Shown: positions 1 through 9,165 of the stretch, piece after piece
Position numbering within the stretch: position 1 is the stretch's first letter
Layout of the letters: each line of letters opens with the position of its first letter
NCBI GenBank assembly: GCA_963727485.1
Contig: CAVSGM010000001.1
Span: forward strand, 320,001-384,000
Length of the DNA stretch: 64,000 bases
Source of the DNA: an uncultured delta proteobacterium
GTDB lineage: Bacteria > Myxococcota > Myxococcia > SLRQ01
Reading direction: 5' to 3'
Notes under the pieces: generated by a model
What the model saw: the letters and a program-made list of their open reading frames with translations, nothing else
Told to the model about the DNA's origin: nothing
The model's database searches: none
Made by a program: the position numbers and the translations under genes

Positions 1-888
1 GTTCAGGTCGATGGCGAGGGTGGTGCCGTCCCGGAGGCGGACCAGCTCCAGCTCGAAGAGCCCCCGGCCGAGGATGCGCCGGACCACGGTCACCGCGGTG
101 TCCAGGACCTCGGCGCCGGCGAACGGCTCGAAGACCGTGCCCACGCCCACCCGCGGCGGCCACTGCCCGCGCTTGACGTGACCGGTGCGGGCGAGGAGGA
201 CGCCGCCATCGCCGAGCATCCCGCTCACCGCCACCAGGTCCTCGACCCCGGCGCCGATCCACGCCTGGATCACCGGGAGCCCCAGGTCGTTGCGGCGCAG
301 GAGCCGGCGCCAGGCGTCCGGGACCGGGTAGGGGCGGAAGGCGGCGCGAAGCTCGCGGGCGTCGTTGACCACCACCCCCCGGGCGAGGGGCACCGCCACG
401 TGGCTTTGGGGCTTGAGCACCACCGGGTAGGGGAGCTCACCGGCGACCTCGAGGGCCGCCTCCACCGACGGCGGCGCCAGGGTGAAGGGCGTGGCGACGC
501 CGGCGGCGCGGCAGGCCTCGTCGAAGCGGTCCTTGAAGAGGGTCGCCTCCACCGCCGCCCGCCCCGGGAGCACCGCCCGCACCGCCGGCGGCAGCCGGTC
601 CCGGACCAGGGACAGGTAGAAGGCGATGAGGTCCGAGGTGGGCGCGACCCGGAGGAGGCGGCCGGCGGCGACCTCGGCCTCGAGCCAGGGGAGGAAGCGC
701 CCCGGGTCCGCCGGGTCGGGGCTGCGCCGGTAGCCGGTGTGCCACCGGGAGAGCCGGGCGGCGGGCAGGGCGCTGGGGCCGCTGACGATCACCGGGACCC
801 CGGCCCGGCCCAGGGAGCGGACGAAGGCGAGGGCGCCGGGGCTGTCGGCGTCGAAGACGGTGACCGGGGGCAGGGCGCTGGGGCGCAT
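1..888 (-). CDS. ATP-grasp (carboxylate-amine ligase) family protein, 3' end runs off the window
   Basis: Not in the ORF track because it is open to the window edge. ATG at 888 overlaps the upstream TGA. Reads MRPSALPPVTVFDADSPGALAFVRSLGRAG...TLFKDRF...YPVVLKPQS...PVIQAWI...GLFELELV...AIDLN, matching ATP-grasp motifs. Confidence 0.8.
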   Translation of the reverse strand, partial: MRPSALPPVTVFDADSPGALAFVRSLGRAGVPVIVSGPSALPAARLSRWHTGYRRSPDPADPGRFLPWLEAEVAAGRLLRVAPTSDLIAFYLSLVRDRLPPAVRAVLPGRAAVEATLFKDRFDEACRAAGVATPFTLAPPSVEAALEVAGELPYPVVLKPQSHVAVPLARGVVVNDARELRAAFRPYPVPDAWRRLLRRNDLGLPVIQAWIGAGVEDLVAVSGMLGDGGVLLARTGHVKRGQWPPRVGVGTVFEPFAGAEVLDTAVTVVRRILGRGLFELELVRLRDGTTLAIDLN

Positions 889-1655
889 CACCGGGCCCCC
901 TGCAGGCGGCGCCGGGCGCGGAGCTGACGCCACACGATGCCCAGGAACTTCGGGTCCCGGACCAGGTACCGGCGCCAGAGGCGGCGGGGCTCGTGGACCA
1001 GCCGGTAGAACCACTCCAGCCCCAGGCGCGAGACCCACCGCGGCGCCCGGCGCACCACCCCGGCGACGAAGTCCAGGGAGGCGCCGATCCCGAGCGCCAC
1101 CGCCGGGCCCAGGCGCGCGGCGTGGTGATGGATCCACAGCTCCTGCTTGGGGCAGCCCAGCGCCACCAGCACCAGGTCCGGGTGGGCGGCCCGGATCCGG
1201 TCGGCGGCGGCGGCGGCCTCGGCGTCGTCGGGGGCGGCGATGCGCGGGGCGTCGACCCCGGCGATGCGCAGGGCCGGCAGCCGCGCCCGGAGCACCGCCG
1301 CCGCCTTCTCCCCCACCCCCGGGGCGCCGCCGAGGAGGTAGACCGACCACCCCCGGGAGGCGGCCAGCGCCAGGAGCGGCTCCACCAAATCCGAGCCCGA
1401 GACCTTCGCGGGCAGGGGCCGGCCCAAGAGCCGGCTGGCCCAGAGGATGGGCATCCCGTCGGCGAGCGAGAGGGCGGCCTCGGCGTAGGCGGCCTTCAGC
1501 GCCGGCTCGACCTCGGCGAGGACCACGTGGTCGACGTTGGGCGTGAGCACGTAGCCGCCGTGGCGCGCCTCCACCAGGGTGCCGATGGCGTCGAGGGCCC
1601 CGGCGAAGGTCACCTCGTCCACCGTGACCGCGCCCACCTGCATCATCGCTCGCAT
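888..1655 (-). CDS. epsA: WecB/TagA/CpsF (GT26) glycosyltransferase, EpsA-like
   Basis: Motifs TPNVDH, LADGMP, KVSGSDL, ALGCPKQE, GASLDF, RAPRW..GLEWFYRL..EPRRLWRRY; lies in the eps locus. Confidence 0.9.
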   Translation of the reverse strand: MRAMMQVGAVTVDEVTFAGALDAIGTLVEARHGGYVLTPNVDHVVLAEVEPALKAAYAEAALSLADGMPILWASRLLGRPLPAKVSGSDLVEPLLALAASRGWSVYLLGGAPGVGEKAAAVLRARLPALRIAGVDAPRIAAPDDAEAAAAADRIRAAHPDLVLVALGCPKQELWIHHHAARLGPAVALGIGASLDFVAGVVRRAPRWVSRLGLEWFYRLVHEPRRLWRRYLVRDPKFLGIVWRQLRARRRLQGAR

Positions 1656-1683
1656 CGTGTTTCCCCCCTCTGGTGATCGGCGC

Positions 1684-3401
1684 CTACGGCGCCAGGACGT
1701 AGGTGGTGACGCTCATCGCCGGCAGGGTGTCCCGGAAGCCGTTGGCCACCACGGGCTTCAGGGTCCCCGCGGGGACGGGCGCCGGCTTCGCCCGCGTGAG
1801 GCGGAACACCCGGGCGCCTTCGAGGCACGAGGCCCCGGAGACGCGGAGGGCCACCGTCAGCGGCGCGCTCGACTTGTTGAGGGCCACCACCGTGACCCGT
1901 CCCGGGTGGGCGGTGTCGGTGGCCGCGTAGACGGTGACCCGGGCGAGCTTTGGGGTGGTCGCCTTCACCGAGGTGTCCCCGAAGGCCAGCCCGTGGCCGT
2001 CGAGGTCCCGGTACATGGCGAAGGCCGGGTAGATGAAGGCGTGGGGCCGGTCGGCGGTCCACACCGCGGCGGCGAAGAGCCCCTCGCGGCCGAAGATCCC
2101 CAGGGCGTCGGCCTGGGCCAGGGCCCCGGAGATGTCGTCGCCGCCGCCGAAGAAGTACTCGCTGATGGCGAGCTTCGTCCCCGGGTCGTGGCGGGCGATG
2201 AGCGCGAAGAGCCGGGGGATGAGGCGGATGGGGCCGCCGGTGCCCGCGCGGCTCACCCAGGAGCCCTCGTCGTAGCCCGGATCCCAGAGCGAGCGGGTGG
2301 ACTGGAGCCGGGCGGCGACCACCGCGGGGCTGGCGTCGGGGCTGGAGGTGCGCTTTCCGCCCGCGCGGACCTCCGGGTACCAGTGGACGTCGAGGACGTC
2401 GAGGAGCCGGTGGCCGCCCTCGGCGCTCGCCCGGCGCATGGCGTCGAGGTAGGCGGCGAGGAAGAACCGGCCGTGGCCGTCGGGGGCGCGCTGGAGGTTC
2501 GCCATCCCCATCCACCCGTAGCTCGCCGGGCCGAAGGTGAGCGCCCGCCGGTCCACCGCCTTCACCGCCTGGGCCAGGGCCACCGAGCGGGAGATGAGCT
2601 CCTCGTAGCCGGTGGGGTCGGGGTGGATCCGGGCGTGGGTCGAGGGCCAGAGCGCCGGCTCGTTGTCGAGGCTGTAGAAGATCCGCGAGGGGCCCGTGTC
2701 GGCGTCGGGGAAGCGCTTCTCCAGCCAGGCCACCAGCTCGTCCTGGTAGACCACCCCGTCCTTCAGGTCCGGGGGGTAGACGAAGGGCGCGTTCTTCTTC
2801 GGGGCGTTCCGGACGAAGCGACGGTCCCGGTAGTCGGGGGTCTTCGCCACGTCGCCGTCCTTGCCCTTGTCCGCGGCGACCCGCTCGAGGAGCGGGAGGG
2901 TGACCAGGATGCTCGCCCGGTGGGCCCGGGCCTCGTCGACCCGCTCGCGCACGGCGGCCCCGGGGACGTCGCCGCCGCCGAGGAGCCCGTCGTTCTGGTG
3001 GTGCCAGTCGCTGCCGGCGTTGGAGGCGTTGTTCTCCCAGTCGTAGGTGCTCCAGCGGTTCCCCCCGGCGCGGACGAAGGTCAGGCCCTCCACCGCGCGG
3101 GTCCACTTCCAGTCGTGGGAGAGGTTGGAGCCGTAGACGTAGGGCGAGATGGGGTGGACCGCCTCGTTCACCGAGACGTCCAGGGTCATCGCCACCCCGG
3201 GCACCCGGCCGGCCACCACGTTCGCCTGGCCCGGGCGGCAGGTGCCCGAGCCCGCCTCCGCCTGGGCGAGGGACTGGGCGGCGGCGGGGCGGGCGCCGAC
3301 GGTGCAGCCGCCGACGAGGAGCGCCAGGGTGAGGACGCCCAGGGCCCGGGCCCGATCCCGGGCCTTGCCGCAGTCGCCCGGCGGAAATAACTGGCGACCA
3401 T
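1684..3401 (-). CDS. epsB: Glycoside hydrolase family 44 lipoprotein, EpsB-like (copy 1); start uncertain
   Basis: GH44 signatures RAGGNRWSTYDWENNASNAGSDW, LDNEP, DVHWYPE and ISEY. A lipobox-like LLVGGC has no in-frame start. Adding one base beside GATC 3354-3357 links it to ATG 3401; otherwise the nearest in-frame ATG is 3189. Confidence 0.85.
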
Positions 3402-4345
3402 GACCCCTCTGTCGGCCAGCCTCCGCGCGGCCACCCGGGACGTGGTCCTGGGCGCCGGCCCCCGGCTGCCCCGGAGCGCGGTGGCCGGGCTCCTCCGGCG
3501 CGCCACCCGTGGCCTCGAGGTGGCTCTCTGCCTCCACCGGGTGGGCCCGGTCCGGGCCACCGATCCCCTGCCGTGGATGACCATCCCGGAGGACACCCTC
3601 GACGACTTCCTCGAGCTCGCCCGGGGTGTGAGGCTCACCGTCACCTTCGACGACGGCTACGCCGACGCGGTGGCCTGGCTCCGGGCGCGGGCGCCGCGCC
3701 ACCCGGAGGTGGACTTCGTCCTCTTCGTCTGCCCCGAGAAGCTGGAGACCCGGGCGGGCTTTCGCTGGGATCTCTTCGAGCGCCGCCGCGCCGAGGGCGC
3801 CGATCCCGGGCCCCTGCGGCCCTTCGTCGACGCGCCCTTCGATCCCGGGTCGGAGAACCATCGGCCCGAGCTCGTGGGCCTCGCCGACCGGCCGGAGCTG
3901 GCGCTGGCCACCGTCGAGGCCTGCCGGGAGATGGCGGCCCTGCGAAACGTCCGCCTCGGCGACCACGGCGACACCCACCTGCGCCTCACCGGCCTCGCCC
4001 CCGAGGTCGCCCGCGCCGAGCTCGAGGCCTCGGCGGCCCACTTCGCGGCGCGCTTCGGGCCTGCCGAGGACTTCGCCTTCCCCTTCGGGGTGCCGGGGAG
4101 GGACTACGACGGGACCCACGTGGCCACCCTGCGGAGGCTGGGCTACCGCCGGCTGTGGAGCACGGCGCCCCGGGCGTTCCGGCCCGAGGCCCGATCGGGC
4201 GAGTCAGGTGCTGCCGAGGTTTCCGGTGATGGGGAACTGGCATGCGAAGGCCCTCGCGGTGTGGGTGGCGGCGTCGGCCATGAGGCGGGGGCCCCTAGAG
4301 GACCCCGTGCTCGACGAGATAGCGGCGGGTGCGCTGGGCCAGTGA
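3400..4345 (+). CDS. Polysaccharide deacetylase (CE4/NodB-like), apparent +1 frameshift at ~4191
   Basis: CLHRV, TVTFDDGY, GDHGDTH and FAFPFG motifs. Removing one C before GATC 4193-4196 restores ...ADRASQVLPRFPV... and a TGA at 4343-4345. Confidence 0.82.
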
Positions 4346-5288
4346 CCAGGCGGGCGGGCTGGCCCTGACCGCGGCGGCGAGGCCGTGGCGAACCGGAGAC
4401 CAGAGGCGGCTCGCCAGGGGCAGCGTGGCCCACCGGCCCCACCACCCGGACGTCGGTGGCGTAGTGCCACTTGTAGTCCTCGTCGCCGTAGAGGAACTCG
4501 AAGCTCCGATCGCCGGCGTGGTGGCTCGCCTCGAGGAGGTGGTGGAGGAGCAGGCGGCCCGGGGCGTAGCGGGAGAGCGCCGGGTCGTAGACGGGCATCC
4601 AGTAGTGGAACCGGCCCTGCCAGGTGGCCCCGAGGTGGATCGCCGCCGGCCGGGTGCCCGCCCGGAGGACGGCGACCTGGAGCAGGCCCCGGCGCCACAG
4701 GGCGCGGAAGAGCTCGGCGTTGCGCCGGGGCGCGAGGAAGTCCGGCGCCCCGGTGCGGCGGTACTGGTCGCGCTTCCAGGTGAGGGCCAGCTCCAGGAGC
4801 TCCGGGGCCGGGTGGTGGAGGTAGAGGGCGACCGGGCCCACCTCCTCCTCGAGGCGCCGGAGGCGACGGCGGGCTTCGGAGAAGGTGTTGCGCTGCCGCG
4901 CCTTCACCGAGGCCTCGAAGTCGGCCCACCGGGGGAAGCGCGCCCAGTCCACGAAGGGCGCGGCGCCGAAGCCGGGCTCGGGGAGGCGGCCGAGGAACAC
5001 CTCCGCCGGCACCACCTCCACCACCGCGTTGCCCAGCAGGCTCAAGGGGCGCTCGGCGCCGGTGGCCGGGCCCAGGGGCGCGTGGAGATCCACGAAGGCC
5101 ACGTCGGCCAGCAGCCGCCCGCCGGCCTCCACCGCCCGGTAGCGGCGGCCGTCCACCGCGAGCTCCACCAGGCGCGCCTCGGCCCCGGGGGCCCAGGCCT
5201 CGGCGAGGGCCTCGAGGAACGGCGGGGCGTCGAAGAAGGTCTCCCGGCTCGCGTCGGCGGCGAGGACTTCAGGCACGGAGGGCATCAC
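4295..5288 (-). CDS. GNAT acetyltransferase, CelD/BcsL-like, apparent +1 frameshift at ~4427
   Basis: RRLRRLEEEVG and FHYWMPVYDP..SRYAPGRLL...FEFLYGDEDYKWHY. The corrected C-terminus GTLPLASRLW...VEHGVL ends at TAG 4295-4297 with normal GC3 codon usage. Confidence 0.82.
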
Positions 5289-6870
5289 GCTGTCTCCCTT
5301 CCTGGGTGGGGACCACCGGCGCCCGGCGCTTGGGCCGCGGGCGCACCTCGGCGGCCGGGGCCCGGGCCACCGCGCCCGGGGCCAGGGGGCGGTCGAGGAC
5401 CACCCCGGGGCCGACCCGGGCGCCAGCGCCGATGGTGATGGGGCCGAGGAGGGTGGCGCCGGGGCCGACCTCCACGTCTCGCTCCAGGGTCGGCGCGCCC
5501 CGGACGCGGGTGGCGGCGTCCACCGCGTCGCCCAGGGTCACGTGCTGGGCGAGGCGGACCCCCGAGGCGACCCGGGCGGCGTGGCTGATGGTCAGCCCCT
5601 GGCCGTGGTCGAGGCGCAGCCCCGGGGCCAGGTCCGCGGCCCAGTGGATCTCGGCGCCGAAGAGGTGGCGCAGGCTCCGGGAGAGGACCTGGGGCAGGAG
5701 CGGCACCCCGGCCCGGTGGGCCGCCTGCATGGTCCGGATGAGCAGGAGCATCTGCCCCTCGGGGCGGGCGAGGAAGCGGCGCTGCGGGTGGTCCTCGCGG
5801 GCGGCGCGGGCGTCGGCGGTGACGGCGGTGGCGAGGAAGCCCAGGGCGTCGGCGACCCGGTAGCGCCGGGAGCCCGCATTGGCGGCGGCGGCGTGGCGCA
5901 TCATCTCCGCGGCGGCGGCGACCAGCGACCCCGAGGCCACCCGCACCCCCCGGAAGTACTCGATGCCGTAGGCCAGCGTGGTGCCGGCGATGGCCGGGCC
6001 CTCGAGCCCCACCCGGTCCACCCCCACGGCCACGGCCATCACCCCCCGGGCGAGGTGCCGGGTGCGCCTGGGCGCCAGGACCACCGAGAGGAGCACCGGC
6101 CGGGAGACCGGGCTCACCCGGGGCAGGAACGCCCAGGGATCGGCCTCGATCACGGTCGGGTGCTTCCGGGCGATGATGTGGTCGTAGCGCCCGTAGCGGA
6201 AGGCCCGGCCGAGCCAGACGTCGAGGGCCTCGTGGTCGGAGGCGTGGATGGTGTCGGCGTCGTCCACCAGGGTGAACTCGAGGCCCCGGTCGGCGAGGCG
6301 GATGCCCAGCTCCCGGTCCTCGGAGCGCAGCAGGGTCCGGTCGAAGCCCCCGGCGGCGAGCAGGTCCACCCGGCGCACCGAGACGTTCCCGGTGGAGAGG
6401 CGAAGCGGCGAGATCGGCGCCCCCCGGAGGGCCTCGCGCTCGAAGGTGGCGAGCTGCCGGGCGTGGAAGCGTTCGAAGAGGGGCATCGTGTGGATCCCCG
6501 GCGCCGGACGGATCCGCCCCAGGACCACCCGCGGCGGGGCGGTCTCGTGGGCCAGGAGGTGGCCCTCGAGGAAGCCCGGGCGCACCTGCATGTCGTCGTC
6601 GACGAAGACCAGGATCGTCCCCTCGGCCAGCCGCGCGCCCCGGTCCCGGGCGGCCGCGGCCCCGGCGTTGGCCTGGCGCTCGAGGCGCAGGTCGTAGCGC
6701 ACCGCGAGGCCGGCGAGGCCCTCGGCCGCCGGGGGATCCGAGCCGTCGTCGACCACGATCACCTCGTAGGCGTCCGGCGGGAGGGTCTGGGTGTCGAGCT
6801 GCGTCAGCAGCCGGCGAAGGGACTCCGGGCGCCCGAAGGTGGGCACCACCACCGAGACGCGGATCATCAT
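5269..6870 (-). CDS. GT2 glycosyltransferase (EpsD-like) fused to a C-terminal serine-acetyltransferase-like left-handed beta-helix domain
   Basis: N-terminal VSVVVPTFGR, VVDDGS, FVDDD, STGNVS, GGFD..SEDRELG. C-terminal GAEIHWAADLAPGLRLDHGQG...GAPTLERDVEVGPGATLLGPITIG. ATG overlaps the upstream TGA. Confidence 0.85.
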   Translation of the reverse strand: MMIRVSVVVPTFGRPESLRRLLTQLDTQTLPPDAYEVIVVDDGSDPPAAEGLAGLAVRYDLRLERQANAGAAAARDRGARLAEGTILVFVDDDMQVRPGFLEGHLLAHETAPPRVVLGRIRPAPGIHTMPLFERFHARQLATFEREALRGAPISPLRLSTGNVSVRRVDLLAAGGFDRTLLRSEDRELGIRLADRGLEFTLVDDADTIHASDHEALDVWLGRAFRYGRYDHIIARKHPTVIEADPWAFLPRVSPVSRPVLLSVVLAPRRTRHLARGVMAVAVGVDRVGLEGPAIAGTTLAYGIEYFRGVRVASGSLVAAAAEMMRHAAAANAGSRRYRVADALGFLATAVTADARAAREDHPQRRFLARPEGQMLLLIRTMQAAHRAGVPLLPQVLSRSLRHLFGAEIHWAADLAPGLRLDHGQGLTISHAARVASGVRLAQHVTLGDAVDAATRVRGAPTLERDVEVGPGATLLGPITIGAGARVGPGVVLDRPLAPGAVARAPAAEVRPRPKRRAPVVPTQEGRQRDALRA

Positions 6871-7367
6871 GGGGCCCTCGAGGCGAAGCGCCGGGGTACG
6901 GCGACGGTCCCGAGGAAGCGGTGACGTCCCACCAGCTCCACCACCTTCCGGGCCTCGGGGACCGGGGTCTCGCCGAGGGTCACCACCAGGAGCGCGGCGT
7001 CGGCGGCGGTGGCCAGCGGCATGGCCGCCGGGCGGTAGAGGGGCGAGTCCACGGCCACCAGCCGGCTCCCTCCGCCGGGGCCCGGGTCCAGGGTGCCGAG
7101 GAGCTCCCGGGCGGCGCCGAGGGTGAGGCGGGTGGCGTCGACCACCGCCAGCCCATGGCCCTCGAACACCCGCCCCACCTCGTGGAGCGAGTTGGCGACA
7201 TAGAGGCTGGTGCCCGCCTCCTCCACCGGCACCACCGCCAGGGTGCGGAAGGCCCGCTTGCGCAGGTCGAACCACACCTGCTGCCAGACCGAGAGGGGCT
7301 CGAGGGTGGGCGTGGGGCGCCGGCCCCGGCGCTTGATGTGGAAGTAGGTGGTGTCGATGTCGGACAT
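6867..7367 (-). CDS. wzeX: Stand-alone BY pseudokinase, Wze/WzeX-like
   Basis: CpsD/CapB-like fold cues (LAVVDA, LVAVDSP, ADAALLVVTLGET, FLGTV) but no Walker A GK[ST]; position in the eps locus. Confidence 0.72.
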   Translation of the reverse strand: MSDIDTTYFHIKRRGRRPTPTLEPLSVWQQVWFDLRKRAFRTLAVVPVEEAGTSLYVANSLHEVGRVFEGHGLAVVDATRLTLGAARELLGTLDPGPGGGSRLVAVDSPLYRPAAMPLATAADAALLVVTLGETPVPEARKVVELVGRHRFLGTVAVPRRFASRAP

Positions 7368-7393
7368 CTTCGACTCCTGGTTCGCGGAAGGGT

Positions 7394-7936
7394 TCAGGCC
7401 GCGCTGGGCGCGGGACGGGTGTTGCGGCGGGACACGATGCGGGCGGGAACGCCCACGGCGACGGCGTCCTCGGGGACGTCGTCGAGGACCACGGCGCCGG
7501 CGCCGATCACCGCCCGGTCGCCGACGCGCACCGGCCCCAGGATCCTGGCGCCGATGCCCACGATCACGTCGTCCCCCACCACCGGGTAGCCGTCCTCCCG
7601 GGCGGTGCCGAGGACGTTGCCCCCCATCAGGCGCACCCGGTCGCCGACCTTCGCGTCGCCGCCGACCACGGTGCCCACGGTGTGGACGAAGTAGACCCCG
7701 TGCCCCAGGCGCACCTCCCGGTCCACCTCCACCCCGTAGATCGCGGTGCCGGCGAGGCGGAGGAGGTGGGGCAGGAGCGGCACCCGGCGGCGGTGGAGCG
7801 CCACCCGGGCGCGGAAGAGGAGGTCCACCGCGAAGCTGTCGGTGGTGGCGGCGGCCAGCAGCCGCCGCACCCCGCTCCCCGGGAGGTCGGCGGCCCGGGC
7901 CAGGGCCGAGAGGTCGGCGCGGAGGGTGTCGAGCAT
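7394..7936 (-). CDS. epsC: Serine O-acetyltransferase-like (hexapeptide repeat) protein, EpsC-like
   Basis: MLDTLRADL...YFVHTVGTVVGG...GYPVVGDDVIVGIGARILGPVRVGDRAVIGAGAVVLDDVP..AVAVGVPAR; ATG overlaps the upstream stop. Confidence 0.85.
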   Translation of the reverse strand: MLDTLRADLSALARAADLPGSGVRRLLAAATTDSFAVDLLFRARVALHRRRVPLLPHLLRLAGTAIYGVEVDREVRLGHGVYFVHTVGTVVGGDAKVGDRVRLMGGNVLGTAREDGYPVVGDDVIVGIGARILGPVRVGDRAVIGAGAVVLDDVPEDAVAVGVPARIVSRRNTRPAPSAA

Positions 7937-9165
7937 CAGCGTTCTCCCTTGCGCGGGGTGCGGACCCAGGGGGCGGCGGCCCGGGCGTAGCGCCCCCGGC
8001 GGAGCACCAGCTTCCAGGCGAGGTAGGCGGGGGCGGTGGCGAGCGCCATCAGGCCCCGAACGCCCAGGCCGCTGATGGCGAGGCCCCGGGCGAGGTAGAC
8101 GCCGATGGCCAGCGCGGCCCCGGCGAAGGCCACCACCGCCACCGTGGGCGTGCCCCCGGCGAGGTGGAGGCCCAGGGAGGCCATCAGCCCCAGCGCCACC
8201 AGGCCCACCAGGTCGGCCAGCGGGGGGACCAGGAGATCGAGGCCGAGGTCGAGGGCGACGAGGCTGCGCCGGCGCCAGGCGGCTCGGAGCAGCGGCCCGA
8301 GGTGGCGGCGCACCAGCGCCCGGCGGCCGCCCTCCCACCTGCGGCGCTGGCCGGCGGCGGCAGCCGGGCCCGCGGGCATCTCGCCCAGGACCCGCGCCTC
8401 GGGGACGTAGGTCACCCGGATCCCCGCCAGCCCCAGGGCGATGCCCTGCTCGAGGTCCTCGACGATGGACCCGGCGTCGTGGGGCACGGCCCGGAGGGCG
8501 CCGGTGGTGAAGCACATGCCGTTGCCCCGCAGCCCCGCCGAGAGCCCGAGGCGGGCCCGGCCCAGGGAGCGCACCCCGTGGAAGAGGGCGAAGGCGAGGG
8601 TGAGCAGCCGGGTGCGCCAGCTCTCCAGGGGGTTGGCGACGCCGTAGTCGGCCTGGAGGGCCGTGGCCCCGGCGGCGATCCGGGCGTCGAAGGCCCGGAG
8701 GAGGTTGGGGGTGACCACGGTGTCGGCGTCGACCACCACCAGGGCGTCGGCCAGGCCGTCGTCGAGGAGCCGGGCGAAGGCAAAGGCCAGGGCCTGCCCC
8801 TTGCCCGGCCGGGCGGGGTCCACCCGGGTGAGGACCATGGCTCCGGCGCGCCGGGCCACCGCCGCGGTGTCGTCGCTGCAGTTGTCGGCGATGACCACCA
8901 GCCGGCGCCGGTCCCTGGGGTAGTCGAGGGTCTCGAGGCTCGCCAGGGTGGGGCCGAGGTTTGGCGCCTCGTCGTGGGCGGGGACCACCAGGTCGAAGCG
9001 GGTGAGACCGCGACCGGCCGGGGGCGTCCGTCCCGGGCGGGCGAGGAGGGCCAGGAGGGCGAGGTAGCCGCCGAGGACCAGGGCGAGGATCCCGAAGACC
9101 GCGAGGCCCCCCTCGCCAAGCCTCACCAGGAACCCCGCCGAGAGGGTGAGGGCCAGCTCGCTCAT
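7936..9165 (-). CDS. GT2 family membrane glycosyltransferase, EpsU-like
   Basis: VVPAHDE, IADNCSDDT, GKGQAL, VVDAD, GNGM, VEDL and QRRRW motifs with flanking TM helices; ATGA overlap with wzy. Confidence 0.88.
   Translation of the reverse strand: MSELALTLSAGFLVRLGEGGLAVFGILALVLGGYLALLALLARPGRTPPAGRGLTRFDLVVPAHDEAPNLGPTLASLETLDYPRDRRRLVVIADNCSDDTAAVARRAGAMVLTRVDPARPGKGQALAFAFARLLDDGLADALVVVDADTVVTPNLLRAFDARIAAGATALQADYGVANPLESWRTRLLTLAFALFHGVRSLGRARLGLSAGLRGNGMCFTTGALRAVPHDAGSIVEDLEQGIALGLAGIRVTYVPEARVLGEMPAGPAAAAGQRRRWEGGRRALVRRHLGPLLRAAWRRRSLVALDLGLDLLVPPLADLVGLVALGLMASLGLHLAGGTPTVAVVAFAGAALAIGVYLARGLAISGLGVRGLMALATAPAYLAWKLVLRRGRYARAAAPWVRTPRKGER

Noticed and set aside
4190..4430. Odd-looking region with a 225-nt convergent overlap, initially suggesting a foreign insert
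   Set aside because: Explained by one frameshift in each gene; the corrected frames give sensible C-termini.
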